In this document: positions 29,269 to 39,847 of the stretch, piece by piece
How positions within the stretch are numbered: position 1 is the stretch's first letter
Layout of the letters: each line of letters begins with the position of its first letter
Origin: an uncultured Acidobacteriota bacterium
GTDB lineage: Bacteria; Acidobacteriota; Terriglobia; Terriglobales; Acidobacteriaceae
Direction of reading: 5' to 3'
NCBI GenBank assembly: GCA_963743375.1
Contig: CAVUQA010000015.1
Coordinates: 7,801 to 71,800, forward strand
DNA length: 64,000 bases
Program-made: the position numbers and the translations under genes
Notes under the pieces: generated by a model
Seen by the model: the letters and a program-made list of their open reading frames with translations, nothing else
Database searches by the model: none
What the model was told of the DNA's origin: nothing

Positions 29269-30006
29269 TTGGACGTGCCGGCAACGATCGACAATTCGCG
29301 CTTTCGCCAGATCACGCCCGGAATCGAGAAGTTGCCCTGCAACTTCAGCTTGCCGCGGCATCGGCATTTGCGCGCCTATGCGACCGTTGTGTTGGCCGGC
29401 AGCTTTGAGGAATCGGGATATAACGGCCGTATACACGCGACCGTGGGCGATGTGCTCATCCATCCCGCTCTAGACTGCCATGGGAATCAGATGGTCTCTG
29501 CAGGAGTCAAGCTGATTAGGTTGGACTGGCGGGATGCAAGAGGCATTGGTGGGCTCTATCACTTGGACGACGTGGACGAAGTCGCTCGAACTGCGGAAAA
29601 GGATGTCATTGAAGCGACGCATCTACTAGAATGCGTTCTCCGAAAAAAGTGCTTGCCTTCATCTGGTCAACGGAATGACTGGCCTGACTTGTTGCTGGCT
29701 GATTTGGCCAAGAATGCTTCCACGGAAATTGGTATATGGGCGGAAGTAAACGGTCTGGCACGAGAGACAGTGTCCAGAGGATTTGCTGCGGCGTATGGAA
29801 CCGCACCGTCGGTTTTACGTGCTGAACTGCGAGCGCGCTCTGCGTGGCTTCGCATTACAAGAGGATCCGAGTGCCTGTGCAGAATTGCAGCCGAAACAGG
29901 TTTTGCTGACCAAGCCCACATGACGAGATGGATTCATCGCATCACGGGAGCCCCACCAGCCGTGTGGCGTCGGAACGCTTTTGTCGTGCGCAGCCTCTCT
30001 TGTTGA
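29269..30006 (+). CDS. AraC family transcriptional regulator (cupin-like sensor + HTH)
   Basis: 245 aa with C-terminal AraC HTH IAAETGFADQAHMTRWIHRITGAPPAVWRR. A non-ATG start is likely at 29269. Confidence 0.85.
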   Translation: MDVPATIDNSRFRQITPGIEKLPCNFSLPRHRHLRAYATVVLAGSFEESGYNGRIHATVGDVLIHPALDCHGNQMVSAGVKLIRLDWRDARGIGGLYHLDDVDEVARTAEKDVIEATHLLECVLRKKCLPSSGQRNDWPDLLLADLAKNASTEIGIWAEVNGLARETVSRGFAAAYGTAPSVLRAELRARSAWLRITRGSECLCRIAAETGFADQAHMTRWIHRITGAPPAVWRRNAFVVRSLSC

Positions 30007-30305
30007 CAAGCCGAGACAGTCCCATTTCGATCGAATCACGAACGGCACGGAAACCCCCATCCAGAGCGATCCAACAAGCGAACTCAGTTGACGTTCGTTC
30101 TCCCAACCATGCTCAGCGTTGTACTGAGGGGGCGTAGGCCAGCTTTATGCTTCCACGGTTCTTGAGAATCGTGCTTGGCCAATCGTCGGCTTCTGGTTGA
30201 CAAAGCGGTTTCGAGAACAAACCAATCCCCCGGACGCGAATAGATCAAAAGCATTCAAGACCACCCCGCGCGCAGTGGCTAATAATCAATAAGGAGCCCC
30301 TTAAG

Positions 30306-32198
30306 ATGATCGTTTCATCTCGTTTCGCGGTACCGTGCTTGATGGCTATGTTTGCTGCGCTTACGTCTTTCGTTCTGGCACAAGCTCCGCAAAATAATGT
30401 AGCGCCTAGTGTCACCGTTTCTGTCGATGCAACGGAAGCCCCCGGCAAACTTTTCCATGCGCATTTGACCATTCCCGTCACGGCAGGGACGCTCACTCTT
30501 TACTACCCCAAGTGGATTCCCGGTGACCATGGCCCCACTGGCCCAATCCAACAGTTAACCGGCCTTCGCTTCACCGGCAACGGACAAATTCTCAAGTGGC
30601 GACGTGACTTGCTCGACAGCTGGACTTTCCATGTTGAAGTGCCGCAGGGCGTGTCGCTGGCTGATGTAGCACTCGACTACCTGTCGCCAACGGATCAAGA
30701 GGGAATCGACACCGGTGGACAATCTGCCACAGACAAGATGACCGTCATCAGTTGGAACACACTCCTGCTTTATCCGGCGGGTTGGACCTCCGATGAACTA
30801 AGGTATCAAGCGACCCTGCGCCTGCCAGAAGGCTGGACATTTGGCACAGCGCTGCCCATCGCTTCCCAGAGCGCCAATGAAATCAAATTTCATCCGGCTT
30901 CCTTAACAACCCTCGTCGATTCGCCAGTGATCGCCGGCGAATACATGCGAGTTGTACCTCTTGCCGGTAACCCTCCCCAGGAGTTAGATATCGCCGCCGA
31001 TAGCGCCGCAGATCTGGACGCGCCGGTAGACGTATTCGGTCATTACAAAAGCCTCACTGATCAGGCATTCAAGCTTTTCGGATCCCGCCATTTCCGCGAC
31101 TATCACTTTCTCTATAGTTTGAGCAATCACGTAGCTCACTTCGGCCTGGAGCACCACGAATCGAACGACAGCCGGACCAACGAACGTTCTTTGGTCGATC
31201 CCGACCTGCGTCTTTTGGCCGCAGGGCTGCTGCCACACGAATACGTTCATTCGTGGAACGGAAAATATCGCCGTCCCGCGGATCTCGCCACACCGGACTA
31301 TGAGAAACCAATGCAAGATGACTTGCTCTGGGTTTATGAAGGGCTTACCTCATACTTGGGCGATGTCCTGAGCGCGCGCAGCGGGATTCGCACTCCCGAG
31401 CAGTTGCGTGATTCCGTGGCTTTAATTGCCGCCCGCCTGGATCACGTTCCAGGCCGCACTTGGCGCAATCTGCAGGATACCGCCGACGGTGTACCAGCTA
31501 TCCAGACAGCACCTCAGGAATGGCAATCCTTGCGACGCGACGTTGACTACTACGATGAAGACGTCTTGAACTGGCTGTGGGTGGACACGATCATTCGGCA
31601 GCAAACAGACGGGAAAAAATCCATCGATGACTTCTGTCATCTTTTCTACGGCGGTCAAAGCGGTGCACCGGATGTGAGAACCTACACCTTTGATGATGTC
31701 GTCAATGTTCTGAATGAAGTTGCTCCCTACGATTGGCACGGCTTTTGGACTGAGCGTCTCACCAATTACGGTCCTGGCGCGCCGCTCGGCGCCATTGAAG
31801 CTAGCGGCTGGAAACTCGTTTACGACGAAAATCGCTCAGAACTCTACAGGGCCCAGGAACACCACGCGGAGGAGATCGATGTTCCGTATTCGATCGGCCT
31901 GCTGGTGAAGGAAAATGGACGAATCGTGGACACAATCGAGGGAATGCCTGCAGCCAAAGCCAGAATCGGACCGGGAATGAAGTTGATCGCCGTAAACGGT
32001 CGGCGCTTCACAGCCGATGGATTACGCGACGCTTTGAAAGCAGGCAAGAAGAGCTCGCAGCTGCTGCAATTATTGATCGAGAACACGGAATACTACAAGA
32101 CTTACACGCTCGACTATCACGGCGGAGAGAAATATCCGCACCTGATTAGGGATGAGTCGAAACCGGATGTGTTGAGCGCCATCATCAAGCCGCGATAG
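30306..32198 (+). CDS. M61 family (glycyl aminopeptidase-like) metallopeptidase with C-terminal PDZ-like domain
   Basis: 630 aa. AAGGAG precedes the ATG. Signal peptide present. The zinc site HEYVH is in LLPHEYVHSWNGKYRRP, and the PDZ-like segment is GMPAAKARIGPGMKLIAVNGRRF. Confidence 0.88.
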   Translation: MIVSSRFAVPCLMAMFAALTSFVLAQAPQNNVAPSVTVSVDATEAPGKLFHAHLTIPVTAGTLTLYYPKWIPGDHGPTGPIQQLTGLRFTGNGQILKWRRDLLDSWTFHVEVPQGVSLADVALDYLSPTDQEGIDTGGQSATDKMTVISWNTLLLYPAGWTSDELRYQATLRLPEGWTFGTALPIASQSANEIKFHPASLTTLVDSPVIAGEYMRVVPLAGNPPQELDIAADSAADLDAPVDVFGHYKSLTDQAFKLFGSRHFRDYHFLYSLSNHVAHFGLEHHESNDSRTNERSLVDPDLRLLAAGLLPHEYVHSWNGKYRRPADLATPDYEKPMQDDLLWVYEGLTSYLGDVLSARSGIRTPEQLRDSVALIAARLDHVPGRTWRNLQDTADGVPAIQTAPQEWQSLRRDVDYYDEDVLNWLWVDTIIRQQTDGKKSIDDFCHLFYGGQSGAPDVRTYTFDDVVNVLNEVAPYDWHGFWTERLTNYGPGAPLGAIEASGWKLVYDENRSELYRAQEHHAEEIDVPYSIGLLVKENGRIVDTIEGMPAAKARIGPGMKLIAVNGRRFTADGLRDALKAGKKSSQLLQLLIENTEYYKTYTLDYHGGEKYPHLIRDESKPDVLSAIIKPR

Positions 32199-32231
32199 AG
32201 TTCTTCGGCACTGAGAATACAGGAAGGCGTC

Positions 32232-32457
32232 GTGATCGGCGAATCTAGTCGATGGAACTTAGCAGGTTCAACGGCAATCGTCGCTGGATGCGTCCCGCGA
32301 TTTGGGCCGTGCGTATGCCAGTGTGCTAGCGAGCGCGGGAGCGGCGGTACTTTGTGTCGCCCGGACTCTCAAGGAGCTCGAGGAAACCGTGGATGAAGTT
32401 GTTAGCGGCGGGACGGCTCGTGCCTGGGTGCCCGATGGCCTTTGCCTGGGCAGGTAA
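32232..32457 (+). pseudogene. SDR oxidoreductase 5' fragment (paralog of 60594-61430)
   Basis: GTG-IGESSRWNLAGSTAIVAG, then a 1-nt insertion, then ASRDLGRAYASVLASAGAAVLCVARTLKELEETVDEVVSGG. This is colinear with VIGESNRVDLAGTTAIVTGASRGLGRAYASVLAAAGAAVVCVARTRSELEETVSEVTQAGG of the intact gene. Similarity ends after about 70 codons. Confidence 0.75.
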
Positions 32458-32499
32458 TCAACAGTGTCGCGGTTGGAAGCATAGCTAACAGTTGCAGAT

Positions 32500-33147
32500 T
32501 TGCTGAACCAACGCACTCTAGCAGTCAACGTGATCAGCCAATTACCGATGGGATTGCCAACAAAGCTCGTATCTCGGCCGCTCGAAGGACGATTCGTTCG
32601 ATTGGAGCCGTTTGAACACCGACTAAAAGAGGAGGTACGCGCAGCAATCGACTGTGATCCAGAAACCTGGGCGATTATGCCGGTTAATCCGATGGGTGAC
32701 GGGTTCGAAGAATACTGGTCCACCGCATGCGACGCACCACCGAGTGAGCGGATCGCCTATGCAATCCGCCACCGTTCCGATGGAATTGTGGTAGGCATGT
32801 CGTCCTATTACACCCCTATGGCGTCCCAAGGAGGAATTGAGATCGGAACTTCATTTCTGCGGCCCGAAGTACGGGGCGGTCCAGCAAATCCTGAAGCCAA
32901 ATATCTCATGCTCAGTCACGCGTTTGCTTCAGGCGCTGTGCGCGTTCAATTCAGAATCGATACGCGCAATCAACGAAGTCAGGTTGCAGTAGCGAAGCTC
33001 GGCGCCGTGCAGGAAGGAGTTCTTCGCCGTGACCGTCTGACGTGGACCGGTTACATCCGCGACACCGTTTATTTTTCGATACTTGACTCGGAGTGGCCAA
33101 ATGTGAAGGTTCGGCTCGAACAGCGGCTTGGCGAGTTCAATGAATAG
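32500..33147 (+). CDS. GNAT family N-acetyltransferase (RimJ/RimL-like)
   Basis: 215 aa with GRFVRLEPFEHR, IEIGTSFLRPEVRGGPANPEAKYLMLSHAF and RVQFRIDTRNQRSQVAVAKLGA. Confidence 0.85.
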   Translation: MLNQRTLAVNVISQLPMGLPTKLVSRPLEGRFVRLEPFEHRLKEEVRAAIDCDPETWAIMPVNPMGDGFEEYWSTACDAPPSERIAYAIRHRSDGIVVGMSSYYTPMASQGGIEIGTSFLRPEVRGGPANPEAKYLMLSHAFASGAVRVQFRIDTRNQRSQVAVAKLGAVQEGVLRRDRLTWTGYIRDTVYFSILDSEWPNVKVRLEQRLGEFNE

Positions 33148-33395
33148 CGGCAGGAGAAATCGGAATATAAGAGGTACGACGTCAGGTATCCCCAGCGTTG
33201 TTCGCCAAGAGGTCTGGCGATCCATAGGCTTGTTCCGTGCGCGCCATGCCCCCCGAACACCAGTCGCAGTTGACACGTCGGCCACACCCAAGCACTATCT
33301 CTGGACACTGCCCTCAATTCTAAAGGGTTGGATCCCGACGGGTCTCGCTCACTGCTTCTGAGATGTTGGATTTCGCTGAGAATTGGGCCCAGCAT

Positions 33396-33680
33396 TTATT
33401 TATTCCGAGCTAGGCAAAAACTCCAATGTCTAACCGCAGAACTCTGCCCGGGTGCCCGATAGATGCGCTGTGTGGCCTTTCGGAAATCCGCGACTCTAGC
33501 GTGGTAGATGTCCAGGAAGGTCTGAGGATTACGATCCACGAGCGGAAACCAACTGCTTTGGATCTGCACCATGATGCGGTGGCCCTTCAGGAAGGTGTGA
33601 AGCACGTCGGGCATGACCATGGAGACTTGCGTGACTTTGTTCGGCGTAAATGGCTACGGCTTTGGGAAGCTGCCGCGGCT
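33396..33680 (-). pseudogene. CocE/NonD family hydrolase C-terminal fragment with in-frame stop
   Basis: ..SRGSFPKP*PFTPNKVTQVSMVMPDVLHTFLKGHRIMVQIQSSWFPLVDRNPQTF.. is the C-terminal beta-sandwich of X-Pro dipeptidyl-peptidase/CocE-type enzymes. There is a TAG at 33654-33656 and two TGA codons immediately upstream of 33680. Confidence 0.7.
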
Positions 33681-34089
33681 TCATCAGAACGAATCGTAAT
33701 GGTTATGTCAAAAAACCGTCAACTGCGGGGTTGCCTCCGACCATCTGTCACGCCAATCCGGGCCGGTGGAATCGCACGAGCACGCGGACGCTTTACCTGC
33801 TGCGGCCTACTGAATCTCATAACATCCTCCGAATGCGCGTATGAAAGCCCGCAATGAGTTAAGTGTCACGGGTTTTCGGTCTCTGTCGAGAATGCGTAAG
33901 TTCGAGACGTCAATTTTTTTGTCGTGCCGCGATCCAGTAACCTCAGGTAATTTCCTCCGAATTGGGTGTCGGCTTGCATATCCCGAACTGTATGCCGTTT
34001 CCAAATTTTTGGTGGAGTTGTTGGCTTTCAAAAAATAAAACCAAAGCCCATCAAGATTACGAAATCACTCACTGACCGGAGACAACACT

Positions 34090-37000
34090 ATGAGTCGTGC
34101 TTTGACAAAGTTCGGGATGCTTGCGGTTTGTTTGTTCTCTGTGCTGCTGCTAGTCGTCAATGTGTTTGCGCAAGAGACCACCGGCGGACTGCAAGGAACC
34201 GTCAAAGACCCCAGCGGCGCTGTGGTTGCCAAGGCGGCACGTGGAACTGACCGGCACCTCTCTGGCGGGCGCCAAGAGCCTGGACACTGACAGCAGCGGC
34301 TACTATCGCTTCGCCAACCTGCCGCCCGGCATCTACACCATTAGTGGTGAAGGCCGCAGGATTCTCCGAGTTGAAGCGCGAAGGCATCGTCATTGAAGTC
34401 GGTCACCTTCCCACGGTTGACCTGACACTGGCAGTGGGCGCGGCTGGCACGGTGGTCGAAGTCAGCGGCGCGGCTCCAGTCATTGACGTCACCACAAATG
34501 CGAACAACACCAACATCACCAACGATGTGATCGCCGACGTTCCCCATGGCTACAGCTTCCAGTCGGTGATTCAGTTCGCGCCGATGGCCCGCAACGAGCC
34601 TCTTGCCGGCGGGTCTGCCGGCGATGGACTGGCAACTCCGGCGGTTCCCTGCCGGGCAGCGCCGGCAACGGCCATGGGCTTCGGTTACTCCGTCGGCGGC
34701 GCTGCCGACTCGGAGAACACTACCTTGTGGAAGGCCAGGACACGGAGAATATCTCCGGCGGCGCTTCCAGCGCCAATGTTCCCTTCCAGTTCATTCAGGA
34801 AGTCCAGGTCAAGAGTTCGGGTATCGAAGCAGAACACGGCGGCGCCCTGGGCGGCGTGGTCAACGTCGTCATGAAGAAGGGCAGCAACGCCTACCACGGC
34901 TCGTTCTTTCGGCAGCTTATGAGGCCGACGAGCTGGACGGTTCTGCGAGCGACCAACTTGCGTTACGATCCGATTCCTACCTTCACTCCTGCGGGTGACG
35001 ATGCGATGCGCAGGTCTATCAGCCGAAGAGGGATCACTTCCAGGATCGTTCAGCCCGGCTTTACCGTTGGCGGCCCGATCATTAAGGACCGCTGTGGTTC
35101 TTCCTGGGTTTTGCGCCCAATGTACAATTCCCTGGCCAGAACGGTGAACTTCGGACCTTCTACGATTTCCGGCGGAATTCGTCCCTCGGGAACCAGATCT
35201 TCAACCAGGACAACCAGCAGTACTTCAGCACTTGCCCGACTTGACGCCACGCTGACCCAGAAGATCCGGGTCTTCGGTTCGTGGTTGTACCAGTACTCCC
35301 GCGAGAGCGGGGACAGCCTTGCCGACGCCGGATTCGACGACTGGCTTGCCGAACAGGGGCTCACGATAAGCGGGACCGCACTACCGGGATCAACAGCCCG
35401 ATTGCAGCGTATTCACATGGCCTCGGCTACTCGGCCCCGAATGCGACTTACAACATCGGCGCTGATATCACGCTGACCCCGAAGATCGTCGCCACCACTC
35501 GCTTCGGCTACTTCTTCACGAATTATCACGACTTTGGCTGGCCTACCGCGGGTGTGAATCTTGTCTTCCAGACCTCCGGGTTGGCTGCAACACCCACATC
35601 GGGCTGCAACAATGGACCGGTTGTCTGCGATAACTTGGGCAATCCACTGCCGGCCAATCTGGGGTTGTCTGCTGGCACGACCACGGCTCCCTACGATCAA
35701 AGTTTCACTGAGGTCAATGCCAGTAAGCACTACCAGTTCGACCAAGACGTGGCGTTCTTCAAGAGCGGCTGGTGGGGTACTCACAACATCAAGGCGGGCT
35801 ATCAGCTCAACCACCTGTCCAACGTGATTGATCAGCACGGCAACCTGCCCTTGGCATTCATGTATGTTGGCACCGGGAATGGATATCCGTCGGCGAACAC
35901 AGACCGGAGGCGGCGCAACTGCAGCACATCTGGAGGCGGAATATCAGCCAGTTATAACAGGGAATGCCGACGCCAACGTGCGCCGGCCAGTACGGTTATG
36001 TGAAGGTTCAGGACTTTGCAACCGTTCTGAAAACAACCGCTGGCGCGCATGTGCCCGCCACCGACTGGAACCATGCCCTATTCATACAGGATGCCTGGAC
36101 GGTAGGGCACGGTTTAACTCTCAACCTCGGCATCCGCGTCGAGAAGGAAAGCCTGCCGGCTCCTCCGGGAATCGGGATTGCGGGCATCAGGTCCATCAAC
36201 TTCTCCTGGAGCGACAAGATTGAGCCTCGCCTGGGAGCTGCGTGGGGATCGCGTGACGGCAAGATGAAGATCTTTGGCAGCTATGGCGTTACCAACGACG
36301 TCATGAAGCTGCTGCTGGCCCAGACATCGTGGGGCGCGCAGGGCTACGAGACATTGCATCTATCCTCTCGGTCCGGATGGGACGTCGGCCGGGTTCACAC
36401 AACTCCGATCTCGACTCTAGTCTTCAACGCTGCTGGCCGCGCTTGCCCGACTGGGTGTCGACACCGTGGGAGCCGATCTTCGCCAGTGGCGGAACGTCCC
36501 GCCGTCTCTGACCGATGCAGGAACTGGCATCTCAGCTGATTGAAAACGTCAACTTCCGCCCGGAGGAGCCGGTCTGCGCCCGGTGTGAAGCCTTATCGCC
36601 AGCACGAGTACGTCGGTGGGCGTGGACTACCAGACTCGGCAAGGACTGGGCTTTCGAAGCTCGTTATGATCGTCGCCGCCTCGACCATGTGATTGAGGAC
36701 GCTTCGTTGTCCGATCCGAGCGCTTTCGAAATCTACACCATCGTCAATCCTGGCGAGGGTGTGAACAAGACCATCGACGGTTATGCCAACTACCTGACCT
36801 CTATCGGTGATGCCTACGGCCCCGGCACGGCCGCATTTAACGCCAACCGCAGCGTACTCCTTCGGCAACTTGCGCCGGCGTGCCCAAACAACCCCACGGC
36901 GATCCGCAACTACGACGGCGTGGAATTCCGGCTGACCAAGACCCCGAGCAGGGGCTGGTCGGGAATGTTCAGCTACACCTAGAGCAGCCTGTGGGGCAAC

Positions 37001-37786
37001 TATACCGGCCTGACCACCACCGACCAGATCGACGGCGGCACGACCGGACGCAACTCGCCCGACACCACCCGTGCGTTCGACGAGCCGTTCTACTACTTCG
37101 GAGCCAACGGCAAGTCAAACGACGGACCTCTGCCGACGGATCGTCCGAACGCGTTCAAGGGATACGCGTATTACACGCTGCCTTGGGGGAGCAAACTCAG
37201 GGGCAACACCACGACGTTCGGAATCTTCCAGGTTGCTTATGAAGGCAGCCCAATGAGCGCGTTCGCCGACGTGGGCTTGGGGAACCCAACTGGCACGGCG
37301 GCCCCTTTCCCCTTCGAAGCCGCGTACGTCTTTGGCCGCGGCAACTGGGTTAACGCGACCTCTGACGCGGCCGGAGCTCTCACGCTCGGCAACCCTTATG
37401 CCCGTCGCACGCCGTGGTACGCGCAGACTGATTTCAACCTGCAACATTCCATCAAGGTGAACAAGAACAATGAGGCACAGGTGCTCAACTTTAACGCAAC
37501 CTTCACCAGCCTGTTGAACCAACACTCCCCTACCTCGTACTGGGAGGGGCTCAACTCGAATTACTTCGCTGCGCCCTTGTTACCGACGGGACCTTGCGGT
37601 GCCAGCGGGGCAAGCGCCCCGTGTTCTGTGTTCAATGGTGCGGCTTTTTACCAGGCAGCTGAAACCGGGTACAGCGTGCAGCAGGCGGCTACTAATGGTA
37701 ACGTGGTTTTGAACTCACTTTACGGCCAGCCGAACCTGTGGCAGATAGCACGGCATATCCGCCTCGGAGCAGTGTTCACCTGGTAG
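34090..37786 (+). pseudogene. TonB-dependent receptor with carboxypeptidase-regulatory-like N-domain, multiply frameshifted
   Basis: All parts are present: the signal peptide, QETTGGLQGTVKDPSGAVV / SGYYRFANLPPGIYTI, YLVEGQDTENISGG, FIQEVQVKSSGIEAEHGGALGGVVNVVMKKGSN, GFTVGGPIIKDR, RLDATLTQKIRVFGSW, FIQDAWTVGHGLTLNLGIRVE, and the C-terminal ..IRLGAVFTW*. They are spread over all three + frames (ORFs starting at 34090, 34160, 34344, 34727, 35281, 35964, 36515 and 37253). An in-frame TAG at 36980-36982 splits SYT*SSLWGNYTGL. Confidence 0.85.
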
Positions 37787-37807
37787 CGGACTGCACGGCA
37801 AAACACC

Positions 37808-37842
37808 TTCGGGAGGCGCGTTTGGGCCTCCCGAATTTTTTT
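37808..37842 (+). terminator. intrinsic terminator after the receptor pseudogene
   Basis: 10-bp stem ttcgggaggc (37808-37817) / gcctcccgaa (37826-37835) with an 8-nt loop, followed by T7 (37836-42). It lies about 20 nt after the stop at 37786. Confidence 0.75.
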
Positions 37843-38615
37843 GCCGCAGAGATGAACGAAGAGCTACTTTCTGATCCTCACTTCCCAAACATGGGTAGTA
37901 GCTGGCCGCGCCCGTAAAGAACAGCATTACCACTGACAAGAATGCGTTGGCTCGGCTGGCTAGGAAGGCCTGGCGGGCCATCGTCAACCTCAAACATTTC
38001 ACTCACTGTAGCTTGAATCCCTTGACCGCTAAAGCTCGCAGTATGGCAAGCCGAATCAATACCAGATATTGCGTAACATGCGCTTGGGGTCAGCTTCTCC
38101 TTCTAGTTTTGGATCCATTAGAGGGCCGGAATTTCGACTCCCTTTTTTTGTCAAGCTCTACTTCCCAAATATGGGAAGTCGGTTGGTTGCACCTAAGAGC
38201 ATCACGATCGGCAGGAAGCGCTGGCTCGACGGCGGGAGAGCACGGAAACGCATTTCATCCGTGACAACCCAGAAGTGGCTATGTGGCAGCACGTCAGAGT
38301 GGATATTGCGGCAGACCACTATTCGGGTTATTGTTTCATTACTGACGAAGGATCATACACGTGGTCCAGAGCTTCTCGGCAATTTTCCATAATTATCCAA
38401 GTCAGCGTCCGCAAACGTCCAACCTTCGTTTGCGATCCGAGGTTGGTCAAGTCAAACATGTTCAAGACAGCGGGTGGCAGAATGGTTTTATTCTTACTGT
38501 TCGTATGTTTCATGAGGCCGATTTGGCGAGGACGGTGATTTAATTGAAGCGTATTTATGTGAATGCGGATTAGGAAATGGGCGGCAAGTAGACGAAGTTT
38601 GTGTTGGAGGCAGTC

Positions 38616-39149
38616 ATGGAGTTGAGGTGTCACAACGGTATTGAAGAAAACAATGGAGGTCTTCCGACTGACAGCCCTCCTGAGATTCAACAGATTGTCA
38701 ACGCTGCACGCGAAGAACTGCAGCGACTTATCCAAGAGCGCTGCCAAATCAGGAAGCGCATAGGCTCAATCAAGCAAACTATTTCCGGGCTATGTTGTTT
38801 GTTCGGCGAGGACGTTCTGGGCGCTGACCTGCACGAATCCGCGGATCGCAGAGTCGGCATAAGACGCCCCGGGATCACCCGCGCCTGCCGCGTTGTTCTG
38901 ATGGAAGCTGGCTCTCCGCTGACAACACGAGAGGTATGCGAGCAGATTCAGGGGCGACTCGTGCCCGGTTTGGAGAGCTCAAAGAATCTGGTCGCCTCGG
39001 TCAATACAATTCTCACTCGACTCGTGCATTACGGAGAAGCGCGCACGGTTCCCAGTGAGAATGGTTCCCGTGCATGGGTGTGGGTGCGGGCAGGGGATGG
39101 ATTACCTCATCCTCTGGAGGCCGCGAATATTCGAGCATCTCAATACTGA
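38616..39149 (+). CDS. hypothetical cytoplasmic protein (coiled-coil N-terminus, possible winged-helix C-terminus) upstream of LytTR gene
   Basis: GGAGG lies 5 nt upstream of the ATG at 38616. 177 aa. IQQIVNAAREELQRLIQERCQIRKRIGSIKQTI is heptad-like, and ..LTTREVCEQIQGRL...VNTILTRLVHYGEAR.. is wHTH-like. No family was recognised. Confidence 0.55.
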   Translation: MELRCHNGIEENNGGLPTDSPPEIQQIVNAAREELQRLIQERCQIRKRIGSIKQTISGLCCLFGEDVLGADLHESADRRVGIRRPGITRACRVVLMEAGSPLTTREVCEQIQGRLVPGLESSKNLVASVNTILTRLVHYGEARTVPSENGSRAWVWVRAGDGLPHPLEAANIRASQY

Positions 39150-39239
39150 TTGATGGACTATTCATGAGGCCGCGGTCGCGTCAAAGTCTCAGGAGCGGTC
39201 CCTGAGATTGAGCACTGGTAGGGACAAAGAAAGCGGGTT

Positions 39240-39641
39240 GTGATGGGAGTGTCACCTCATTTGCAGATTGTTTCGAAAGGTTCGGTTTCCCGGATCGCGA
39301 TCAGAGCAGGACACGAAATCCTCTTTATCGACCCGGCGGACATCGTTGCGGTGGAAGCCGAGGGCCACTATGTTTTGTTGCAACACAAATCAAGGACCTA
39401 CATGTTGCGTGAGTCCATTTCAACAATCGCTGAGAAACTAAATCTGTTTGGATTTGTCAGGATCCATCGATCATCTATGGTGAACACTGCCTTCGTTGAT
39501 AAGATTCGACCATTATCTACAGGGGAGTATCTACTATGCGTTAGGGGAGGTAAGAAATATACTGTCACTCGTACTTATAAAAAGAACTTACATTTGCTTG
39601 CTGAATCATGGATCGGCACGGACCGTTTCGTCGCGGAGTAA
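39240..39641 (+). CDS. LytTR-domain DNA-binding protein without receiver domain
   Basis: 133 aa: RIAIRAGHEILFIDPADIVAVEAEGHYVLLQHKSRTYMLRESISTIAEKLNLFGFVRIHRSSMVNTAFVDKI..YTVTRTY. This is a complete LytTR fold with only about 15 aa ahead of it. Confidence 0.85.
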   Translation: MMGVSPHLQIVSKGSVSRIAIRAGHEILFIDPADIVAVEAEGHYVLLQHKSRTYMLRESISTIAEKLNLFGFVRIHRSSMVNTAFVDKIRPLSTGEYLLCVRGGKKYTVTRTYKKNLHLLAESWIGTDRFVAE

Positions 39642-39847
39642 AAGCTTCATTGGAGGAAGACGAATTCGCAGTGGTTATTCCAGTATCCTGTCGAGTGGCC
39701 AAGCCCATCTTGAACGAAAGTGACTTCCTTTTGCGCTACCGCGGGCCGCGCGCATTCATTACTGCAGGAGACTTCCGAGTGCGCGCCGACGGTCCGCAAC
39801 TTCGTTCTGGTCACCCTCCATCTCGATTCAGTTGACTAGATTTCTGG

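Noticed and set aside
37881-38178. Two cttcccaaa[c/t]atggg boxes about 280 bp apart upstream of the LytTR operon as regulator sites
   Set aside because: There are only two imperfect copies at a non-helical, long spacing. The second is a small self-complementary hairpin (cttccca/tgggaag). They do not resemble known LytTR direct-repeat sites, and the evidence is too weak.
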